From: Schmidtea nova
Lineage: Eukaryota
DNA length: 64,000 nt
Reading direction: 5' to 3'
Assembly: GCA_044892505.1 (NCBI GenBank)
Contig: CM097882.1
Span: forward strand, 542,190,001 to 542,254,000
The notes under the pieces are model-generated. The model had not been told where the DNA came from. It did not search any database and saw nothing but the letters and a program-made list of their open reading frames with translations. Both the position numbers and the translations under genes were made by a program. Numbering within the stretch: the stretch's first letter is position 1; every line of letters starts with the position of its first letter. This document shows positions 1 to 10,419 of this stretch, in pieces.

Positions 1-84
1 TTTGTATTGTATTTTTATTTTTTTATTATTTGAAATTGATGTGATTGTTTATCTTCGTTAGTCCTGCACGTATTTTGCATATCC

Positions 85-1700
85 ATTCGATAAAATATCA
101 AAAATGTAATTGTTGGGCAAAAACTGAATACCATCAATTTGGAAGCATGCGCTGGCATAGCATGAAGAGACTGCGTAAGGACTATTCTCAAATATCTGAA
201 CAAACACCAAGTAAACAAAAATAATTAGAAGCACAGGAAAAAATTAATTAAAACAAAAGTTAATTTTAAAATGAACAAAAGCAAGAAGTAACCATGAAAA
301 ACCCAAACATATATTGTTTGGCTGGTAAAAGTAGGGCTCAATTTTGTTTTAATACATCAAAAAATAATACTTACAAAAAGAGGAGAATTAAAAGCGCGTG
401 ATAACACATAAGAGCATTAAATAGGAAAATAGCATGAAAGTATATAGGATATTGAAGCATAAGTAGTAGGCATACGAACCGCATAAGCCCAACGAGTTTG
501 GGAGAAAACGATAAAAAATGTATCTCAAAAGAGAGCACACAATTTGAATGCAGGTCAAATTTACTTGCCAAAGATCGCATGAGAATTGAATGTGGAAGGT
601 CATTGCTAATAAAAAGCATAATTGAAGAATAAAGTTAGAATCAAAATAAAGAGAATAATTTATTAAAAATTATAGAAGAAATCCCAATTAAAATATCGTT
701 AAAATAACAGAGATAGGAATGAAAATAGAATAGAAATAATTTGAACTTTTTAATCAATCAATTAACGCACCCAAAAAGTGTATACACACATTATTTAATA
801 GAATTAAAAATAAATATTTAGAAAATAAACAAAATTAATTATAAAATTAAATTTGCTGAAAATAAATAAATAACCATTTATTAAAATAAATAATTTATGT
901 ATTAAAATAAATATATGAATTAAATTTTAAAGGTTCTTGTTTTAATGAACGCCACCACAGGTGTCACAAAAGATCAGACGCTGAAAATTTATAAATTTAC
1001 TAGAACTAGAACTAAACTGAAACTAAGAGAACACTCTCTTAACCATTACTTTTACTAACAGGCGTTTAAAGATATGTGAATCACCTTCCCATATATCGCC
1101 AGTTAATTGTATTTAGTGATTCAAGCAGAACGATTGTTACAAGTATGTTTTCTTTTGCTGTAAAAATTATAATTGTTCGATTTTATAATATGATTAATAA
1201 ATATTTTTGAAACATAATTGTGTTGTTTTCTTTTGCTATGTTTCAATTTGATTTTTCCTGATTAAAATGATTTTAATAGGGGCTTTGTTGGCTCACCAGT
1301 TGCGTTTTTCCAATAGTTAAAAGTGTCTGGACCATCTTTTTCTCAAATTATATAATATTAAGAGGGGAAAGAAAATTAAGGGGTGTTATTTAATTATTTT
1401 TAGAATATATAGGTGTAGATTTTAAGATAAAATAGAGTAAGGATATAGAAAGTTAAGAATTGATAAAATTAGATGACCTTTAGTAGTAGAGAGACATTAG
1501 ACGCGTAAGACTTTTATCAGTAGCAGGGACCCTTTCAGAATGACAAGCGGTGAGTAGTGCTAACACAGGTGCTCACCTGCCAACTTGCATTCGACTGTCT
1601 TGTACAGTACCAACGTGTATATAGGGAATTATATACGGGTATACGCACAGAGAACATTTATGTGTTGTGAAGTGACCTTAGATTTGAAAACAATAACAAA
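85..1700 (+). repeat. LTR-like long dispersed repeat, copy A (boundaries approximate)
   Basis: Aligns by eye with 13975-15070, 62611-64000, rc(36640-38390) and rc(59735-59975). Shared blocks include gagagcacacaatttgaatgcagg, aataaatatttgaaa and gctcacctgc. Confidence 0.7.
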
Positions 1701-1714
1701 TTTAAATGGCTAGT

Positions 1715-2311
1715 ATTTAATTGAGCATTTATAATATATTGAATGAGCATTAATAATATATTGAATGAGCATTAATAATATATTGAAAAGGCATTAAAAA
1801 TATATTGAATGAGCATTAACATAATAAAGCTTTGGTGTGTGGAAGACAGGTACTTGTACTGTCCTGCATTTCTAAAGAGCTACATTTGCAAACATGTGGT
1901 TGGTATGGCGATAAGATTTAAGTATTGCAAACCACAACCAGAGGCAAAAAATGTTTATATTGGAACCAAGATTAAGAGAGAAAGACCTTTGAAATCTTTA
2001 CTAAGACAATGACAATTTTATAAATGATGATCTGTGATTTTTTTCAATTTCAAAATAATATTATATAATGGTCTTTCTTTGTCTAATGTTTTTTCTTAAA
2101 TTGATTCATGTATTTTTTAATTAAAATTAATGTAGTTCTTTTAATTAACTAATGCTCATAAATAATTTCTATAATGCTATTAAGTTAATACTAAAGCTTT
2201 ATTATGTTAATGCTCATTCAATATATTATTAATGCTCATTCAATATATTATTAATGTTCATTCAATATATTATTAATGCTCATTCAATAAATTATTAATG
2301 CTCAATTAAAT
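1715..2311 (+). mobile_element. Foldback Mutator-like (MULE) derivative with SWIM zinc-finger fragment
   Basis: Inverted arms 1715-1833 and 2193-2311 are built of 22-bp tandem units (atatattgaatgagcattaata). The interior encodes CPAFLKSYICKHVVG, a SWIM C..C..CKH remnant. Confidence 0.75.
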
Positions 2312-2759
2312 TTTTCTGAATTTAAATCACCACGTCCAGCCGCTGTCACTCATATCTAAGTTTATATAAATTCAAAAAATGCGACCGTCATTTGAAAAAA
2401 TAAAATCTAGTTATTAATAATAATCGGTAGTATATGTCTAATAAATTTTAATGTATTTTAAAGTGCATGTCTAAAATTAGAATTTGCATCAAAGTCAATC
2501 TGAAATAAAAGTCAATCTATAATTCACAAAAAATATTGAATATCAATTAAAAACTGTTCTAAAGTTCTAACCACTTACATGTTGGGAAGTAAATGTCAAT
2601 AGACAACGACAGTGGATAGTATTTGGACTGATGATAAACCAAAGGAAAACTATTTGCATGGAGAATTTGCCTGTCTCCTCAGTTGATAAGCGCAAAATAA
2701 AATTTTTCAAAAATGGCAATATATTTGTAATTACAATTTTAACTGATTTTTAAAGTTAT

Positions 2760-3960
2760 TAGACTTTTAAAATTAGTTTTAATTTAACATGGAATAAAAG
2801 TGGCAGATTGGTTTAAATTCTTAATTCTAGCTTGTAAACCATTATACTTGCCAGCCATATTAGCTGCATTGTCGTAACTTTGCCCACTGCAATTGTTTAG
2901 ATCTAATGACAAGTTACTTAACATTTGAATTATATATTCTTCAAAATATTTGGATTCGTGACTCTTAATTTCCAAAAAGCCAAAAGATAGTTCTTTTGTA
3001 CATCGCTCTTTGTCAACGTATCTTAATATAAATGTTAATTGATTGATATGGCTTACGTCTGGCGTAGAATCAACAATTATTGAATAGTAAAAAGCTTCCT
3101 GAACCTCTGAGATTAATTTCTATTTTACATCAGTTTCCATTAAATTAATAAATTCATTAATAATAAATTCCCATTAAATTAATAAAATTCCAATATTACC
3201 ATCTCTCTCTGAGTGATTTTAAGGAAAATCGTCGAACTGAGCCAAATATTCTATACATGTTATAAAATTTCCTTTTCTATGTGAGTCAACATTTTCTCGA
3301 TGTCCTCGACATGCTATACCCAAACTAGCTAATAATTTGACTGTTGCAAAAATTCTCTTTAAAACTTCTCGCCAATATTTTTGTTCGGTTTCAATTTGTT
3401 GAACTAATAGGAAATCAAAGCGACCAGTTATTGATAATCGTTTTTTAAGCGTTATCATTGAAGAAAAATGGTATTTAAAGCATTCATTTTCTTTTAATGC
3501 ACGATTAATATTTTTCCAGTCATTAAAGCCTATTATAAATTTAGTATTAGAACGTATAAAAAGTTTACAAATATAAAAGAAAACACATTTACTTGTTTCC
3601 GAAAAAACTAACCAGTCGCGAAATTCTTTTCTGTCGTTTGCTTTAACACAATAAAAATTATTATTTGAAACATTTTTAAAATAGCTTCTACCTTTATGAT
3701 GATATTTAACTCTTAAATTCATTATATCCCCGATATTACATGGTTTGTTAAGTAAATAATAACTACAATTTTTTTTGATATTGTTAATGGCCATCTTTGG
3801 AAAAATCATTTTTTCTCTATTTTTTCACTATCGTCTGGTCCTTCCTCTTTCTTGAATACAATTTCTGAATTTTCTCATGTTTCTGTTGTATCCTGTTGAG
3901 TTTCCTTTCCTTTCCTCTTCAGTTTCCTTTGTTGCCGAATCTTTATTTGTTTTATTGTCT
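2760..3960 (-). pseudogene. Degraded hAT transposase (ZMYM1-like, TTF zinc finger/DUF4371 type)
   Basis: ORFs 3219-3809 (RDWLVFSETSKCVFF..LGIACRGHRE..GNFI) and 2784-2975 (GQSYDNAANMAGKYNGLQARI) are typical of this hAT group. The frame is interrupted by stops. Confidence 0.8.
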
Positions 3961-4510
3961 GTTGTAAAAATGCTAACATCTCATTTTTGATTGCGTAATA
4001 TTGATTCTTGTTCTTGTTCTTTTGTTTCTTTTTAAGGCCCCAGATATGTATGTTCGTTTCATGGCTTTTATAAAATAAAAATAAATAAATATACATAACC
4101 GTTTAACTAAATGGGTAAAAGTAACTAATACTCTTATGATGCCAACTCAAGCTTCTAAAGTACACAAAACTCAAAAGTATTATTTTTCGAATATTCGATG
4201 CAAAGAACAGCATACTTTTACTACACCCTAACTCCTCAGCAATCCAAGCAAGCAATGTAAGCTTTATTATCAATCAATAATAAATAATTATGAGGATGGG
4301 GAAAATAATAGGCTAATTTTTGAGTCTTTATTTTGTTATTTTAACCCTTAATTTAAAATGTAAAAAAGGAAAGTAAGAATTAATTGTTACTAGTTTGAAA
4401 CACAAATTAATCCTAAAAACAACAATTAGAATATGTTTATAGTATAGATATTAACATATTAAACAAAATACCGCTTAATTCTTAACTGTTTTTTGAATGT
4501 TTATTGTTTC

Positions 4511-4705
4511 ATTAAAAGGAAATGATTTTTTTTAATAAAAAATAAAACAAATAATTAAATATATATAATTAAATATATTAAAAGGAAATGATTTTTTTTA
4601 AATAAAAAATAAAACAAATAATTAAATATATATAATTAAATATATTAAAAGGAAATGATTTTTTTTAAATAAAAAATAAAACAAATAATTAAATATATAT
4701 ATAAT
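4511..4705. repeat. AT-rich tandem repeat, 66-67 bp unit, about 3 copies
   Basis: attaaaaggaaatg recurs at 4511, 4577 and 4644. Confidence 0.9.
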
Positions 4706-5960
4706 CAAATAAATAAATAAAAAATATAATAATTTAAAATTATTAAATAAGAAATTAAAGTAACTTTTCTACTAAAACCATATATTATTCCAAATAAATA
4801 TAAATAAAACACAATAATTTTTTTTAATTATGAAATTAATTGCAAACTTTTGCTTTAAACAGAAGAATGCTTGAGCTGTAGCTTGTGTAGCTTATGATTT
4901 TTTATTGTAGTTCAGGGTTCCCTGACTTGCGGGGACCGAGGCGCTAGCCTCCTGTGCTTGTGCGGAAATCCGCCACAGATCAGAAATAATAAGCTAATTA
5001 TATTAAATTAAGTTAAATATTCAAGATAAAAATAGGGAAAGGTGGAAATAATTAAAGTAATATAATAAAATATGACAATTAAAAAAATATTATATTAAGA
5101 TTATTAATACATCTACATATTATTATAGTCTTTTAAATACATCCATTTCACTTTTAACATAGAGAAAAACGCATATTTTCAGTTTACTCCAAAATCCATG
5201 TTACATACAGGTAATAAACACATAAAACAAAACCAAGCATCACAATCATGGCTAACAAACGTCAAACTTTTGCAAAGTATTCGGAAAATAGGTTCCCACT
5301 TCTCGCTAAGCACTTTCGTGATTGTGTTCGAGGCGAGTATAGTCGAATCTACGATGTATTAAAAACAAATTGACATAAATTTCACTCATTATGGCCCTAA
5401 ACTTTTATGAAAAATGAGTTAGTTCAATTTTTCAATACAACGCATTCGTTTTTTTGGCTAGAATAACCACAAACAAAAGAAAATTTTATGCATTCATTCT
5501 CATTTTTAAACATACATTTTGCGACTCAATTTTTAACGAAGTGTGGGGGTTAAAAGTTCAAAATTAAAGAAAATTTTGTTACGCTATAATAATATGACGT
5601 ATCAACAATAAATAATATGGAATTTGGACGTCTTTTCTAAATTATGTTTGTTAAAATCGATTTTCGGGTTCTTTTCTTTAGATATTCCCATTTTCACTGC
5701 TAAATTAGGGCTAATATAATAAATTTTGGTGCCTGAATTTTTATTTTTCATTAAAAGTTTCAGTTTTTAAGTTCGGACTGCCAAAAAATATCAATTAAGC
5801 GGGATTGAAAACGAGAAATTCTAGTTTACGATTGCATTTTAATAAGATTGTATTTAAGTGAATGTTTATTGTGGAGGAATTGTAGAGCCCAGAAGTCTCC
5901 GGTAAAAAACAGTAGTGGGACAGTTGGGCTGTGTACTGTGCATATCTAGATGTTTGATTG

Positions 5961-6089
5961 ATTGTTTTTGATGTGCTTATAATCTTTTACTAATTTGTTA
6001 TAATAAGCACACAAAAGCACTCAATTTGAGTGCTTTTGTGTGTTTATTATAACAAATTAGTAAAAGATTATAAGCACACCAAAAACAAT
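5961..6089. repeat. 129-bp near-perfect palindrome (64-bp arms, 1-nt centre)
   Basis: 5961-6024 is the reverse complement of 6026-6089 with 2 mismatches. Confidence 0.95.
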
Positions 6090-6679
6090 ATTTATAATGA
6101 CAAGTTTTATTTAATAAACAAATAAAAAATAACCAATACTCACAGTGGATAAATTGTCATAAACAATTGTTCTTATTTGAAAATTTTGGTTTTCTTTTGA
6201 ATTTTGTAATTTCTTTTCTTTAAATTCCTATTTCAAATTCGATTTTTTAACTCAATTACGCGTTGGATATTCATTTAGTTTTTTGTTTTCCATAGTCATT
6301 GTTTATTGTCCTATAACTTCAAATTGTGATTGACAATTTATTTTTTCTACAATTAGAATTTCTTAATTTTTAATTATTATTTTCAGGCATAATTGCCGTA
6401 AATAACCAAACAATAAGAGAGGGTCTTCCTGTGTCCGCAATGGCACCCTTATTATTAACAACCGTGACAGGGAGCATAATAATAATAATGATAAAAACAA
6501 TAATAATAATAACAACTATATTGATGTAACCTTTACAATAATAAAAATAATAAAAATAACGAAAATGTTGATAAAACATTTACATAACTTCCCCTTTAAA
6601 ACCGGAGGTTATCATTATAAAACAAGCTATTAAATAAAATGGCAATTTATTCAAATAAATAAAAGAGCACCATTTTTTA

Positions 6680-7560
6680 AAATATATTAATGCAATATAT
6701 TTCAACAGCTTAGCTGTCATCATCAGGCTTTCCACAATCTCAATAAAATAAAAATGGATCTTATTTATACGCTTAATAGTGATTACATAATCACATGTAC
6801 ACAATCCAATAAAATTTTATTTATATTAGTAAAATTAATTACAAAACTCTCAAAATGCATGTAGATATTGCATTTTGTATGTTTATTTTAGGATTAAATG
6901 ATTTTATCATCAAAGCCTCACAATTCACACATTCATAATAAATTTTTAAAACCCTAGAAAGTATTTTGAAATTAGAAATATCAATGCTCTTCTTGCAAGT
7001 CGTATGATGTTCAATAATGTTACTCTTTCCGCTCTTTCTGGCATGTTCTTGAACTCGTGTACAGAGATGACGGGCAGTTTCTCCAATGTATGTGGCCTTA
7101 CATCCATTACAAGTAAAACGATATATGAGATCAGAACACAAACCAAATGGCGTCACATATTTATTACTGAACATGTCCCGAACTTCGCAATACTTAGAAA
7201 TTATTTAACATTAGTATTTCCAATATATTTTATAAAAAATTTTTTAAAATTTACAAATCCCTCAGAAAACGGTAAAACTATAATAGAACCAATATTATCA
7301 TTCAAGTTACTTTTATTTATTTCATTATTATTATTACAATCAACACCATCATTCATTCCCATAAAAACATCACCAGTTTCAATCAAAGGAGCCCTATCAG
7401 GGATATTAAACGGATCAACTAGGATTATACGCGGAGAAACCATCACATCACCCAACGCTCAAGTGTTCCTAGCAGATAGATCGATACTGCAAGTAAGCCA
7501 GAGTAAAGCAGAAATCAAATTAGAAGGAAAGTACTTTATCATTGACTGTTTCATTTTTTA
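6680..7560 (-). mobile_element. Penelope-like element 3' remnant: RT-linker, GIY-YIG endonuclease and hammerhead-like motif
   Basis: 6839-7174 encodes LIYRFTCNGCKATYIGETARHLCTRVQEH..EALMIKSFNPKINIQ. The upstream in-frame linker IVLPFSEG lies at 7201-7455. A CTGATGA..GAAA motif is at 6700-6726. Confidence 0.85.
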
Positions 7561-10375
7561 GAAAAATGATAGCGGGGTATGACATCATATTAAGTATGAA
7601 CGCCATTATAGCACTAGGAGGCGTGACAATCAGTGAAGACGTCAGATTCGGATGTTAATTGAAATGTTTGATGGCTGTAAACGGAAACGAAGTTCAGAGT
7701 TTTTTAATTCAAAGGAAGAACTTCGAAGCAAAGTTCAACAAAGAATGGATGGTATTATGGAATTGGAACACAGAACCCCAAGTATCAATGTCAGATCGAT
7801 ACTCCAAGTTAGATCCAGATAAGCCTAAAGCAGGCCAGGCACTCAACGTCATCGAGCAGGGGGTCAAAAATGGATGGTTAGTAGAATATGGCGAAAACCG
7901 GTTCGGTGAGCCTGTTGGAGCAGTAACTTTACTTCTGGTTATGCAAAAGAACAAGAGCAAAATACGGCCATTGTTCGATTTTAGAGCTTTTAATCATTAT
8001 TTAGACGTCTATAGTGTTGAAGCAGTAGTTTGCAATGAAACAATAAGAGATTGGAGAAATAAGGGAAACAAAATAGCAATTTTGGATTTATCTGATGCGT
8101 ACAAGTAAATCCGGGTTGATGAGAGTATGTGGAAGTACCAGTCATGCATTGTAAACGGAAGGCAATATGCATTGACAAGACTAAGCTTCGGAATCAATAT
8201 CGCTCCCGGTATTATGACAGGGATCGTTAATTACGTGATGGGTTTAAATGAAAGAATAAAACAAGGAGCCAGTGCGTACATAGACGATATTTTTATCGAC
8301 AAAGAAGTTGTCCCAGCTCAAGAAATAAAAGCCTGGCTAAGTAAATTTACCTTAATGACGAAAGAAATTGAACGCCCTTCATCAACAAAAGCTTTAAGAA
8401 CACTCGGATTATCAGTACATATTGAGGATAACGTATTAAAATGGAACCGAGCCAATGTCATCCGGTACGAATTTGAATAAAAGAGAATGGATAGACGAGA
8501 GCTGTATTCATTATGCGGTCAATTAACCGGAATTCTTCCAGTTGCAGGTTAGCTACGACCCGCGTGCTCTTATCTCAAACGATTAGGCGAAGGAGAATGG
8601 GATTGGCCAATCGACGTAAAATTACTAGACAAAGTTAAATGGTTAATAAAGGAGGTTGAAAAGAATGATCCGGCTCATGGTATATGGAAAGCACCAATGG
8701 ACAGAGGAAACATTTTATGGTGTGATGCCAGCTCTATCGCCATAGGAGCAGCGCTAGAAATCGACGGAAATATCATGGAAGACGCATGTTGGTTGAGAAA
8801 GGAGAAGGACGTTATGCACATTAACCTGTGCGAACTTAAGGCGATCGTTAAAGGCATCAATTTATGCATCAAATGGAATATAAAAAAGGTAAAATCATGC
8901 CGGATAACAAATCCGTGTTAAGTTTGGCGCATAATTCCTTGATATCTGCGAGAAAGGTTTCAACTAAAGCTTCCTCAGAAATGTTAGTAAAAGGAAGGCT
9001 CAACATTATTAAAGAACTAATTATTGAATATGAGTTAAAGGCTGAAATAGAATATGTTCCAAAAGACAAACATAAATCTGATATATTAACCAGAATTCCC
9101 TCAAATTGGATTAAAAAACATACGTGTAACACGGCGTTACTAGACCCGGGTGAAAATCCCATCAAGAACGCAGTTGAAATACACAAATTAAGTAATTTCA
9201 GAGGAGACCGGTTGAGGTTTTTAACCGAGGAAGCAGGAATTAATCTTTCTCAAAATGAGTTAAAAGAGATTGTCGAGAAGTGTGACAAATGTTATTCAAT
9301 AGACTCTCATCCAGTTAAGATCAGCAAAGGGCAATTAGAGGTAAAAGATTCTTGAAAACGATTAGCTATCGATGTGGCTAAATTAAATCAAAGAAATTTT
9401 TAACAATCATAGATTGTGGGCCTTCTTGATTGGCGATTTGGCGAGAAATACGAAACGAAAGCGCAGAGGAAATTTGCAAACAGTTGGAACAAATATTTTA
9501 TGAAAGAGGACCTCCTGACGAGCTTCTCTTGGACAATTACTTATTGTTTAGGTCAGAAACTTTCACTTCTCTAATGAAAAAGTGGAGAATTATAACTGAA
9601 TTCAGATCCGCTAGTAGACGAGCAGGCAACGGCATTATTGAGAGGAACCATAAAACAATAAAAGCTGCAGTCATGAGATCGGAATGCTCAGTGCAAGAAG
9701 CAATTTACTGGTACAATAATACACCAATAAATGGTTCTTTCAGACCCCCAATAAAAGGCATTTACGCTTATGACCTAACCCTTTCTAAGGTGGTGGCAAT
9801 ATACTGTACACCATTTTTTTCACGAATAGCTTATCCCGGAATTTCTTGATGCAATGTCACTGAAAGGTAGTGGCAATCATATTGCCACTCTTTCTCCCTA
9901 AAAGACTCTTTTGTTTTTTTCTATGTTTTTATTTTTTTATGATCATTTGTAACTATATAATTATTATTAATAAACTTTGAGTTTTACATCACTTTTAGTT
10001 TCCTTTGCCTTAGAAAGGGCTAAGACTTCGATTTAATGAAACGAAAAAAACGGATCAACAAATAGACAATGGTTTTCAGATTAGCCACAAAGTGTGGGGG
10101 AAACCCACGCAAAATCAACCATGTACATCTTCCTGGATGAGAGGAAGAATCATGAAGCTGCTGTCTCCGCATAAAGCAATCGTCGATTACAGAACCATGG
10201 CAATGCCGTGTCATATAGCCGACCTAAGACACAGGAATGAAGATTTGTTAGAATCTTGGGAAGATGTATAAAGAAGAAGAATTTAAAATAATGATATTTA
10301 AAAGAAAAGAAAGTTGTTTAAATAAGTTGATTTATTGAATGAATATATATTTGAATTAGCTTGTTATCTCACACA
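7560..10375 (+). mobile_element. Degraded LTR retrotransposon pol (PR C-term, RT, RNase H, DDE integrase) with possible short 3' LTR
   Basis: RT motifs KIRPLFDFR, LDLSDAY, RLSFGINIAP and AYIDD; RNase H WCDASS..HINLCELKA; integrase LAIDV..DELLLDN..GNGIIERNHKTIK; C-terminal KVWGKP..CHIADLR at about 10070-10230. A purine run and TGT..CA at 10265-10375 may be the 3' LTR. Confidence 0.85.
9779..10019. mobile_element. piggyBac-type MITE, 241 bp, CTAA target duplication
   Basis: Perfect 12-bp TIR CCCTTTCTAAGG / CCTTAGAAAGGG with CTAA at 9775-9778 and 10020-10023. Removing it restores the integrase frame (AYDLRLRFNE). Confidence 0.9.
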
Positions 10376-10419
10376 ATGTTTTTTGTTATTATTTGTTTGT
10401 TTGTTTGATCGTTGCTTTT

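Noticed and set aside
7004-7561. 185-aa plus-strand ORF
   Set aside because: It is the antisense shadow of the Penelope RT-linker/GIY-YIG coding strand and has no recognisable domain.
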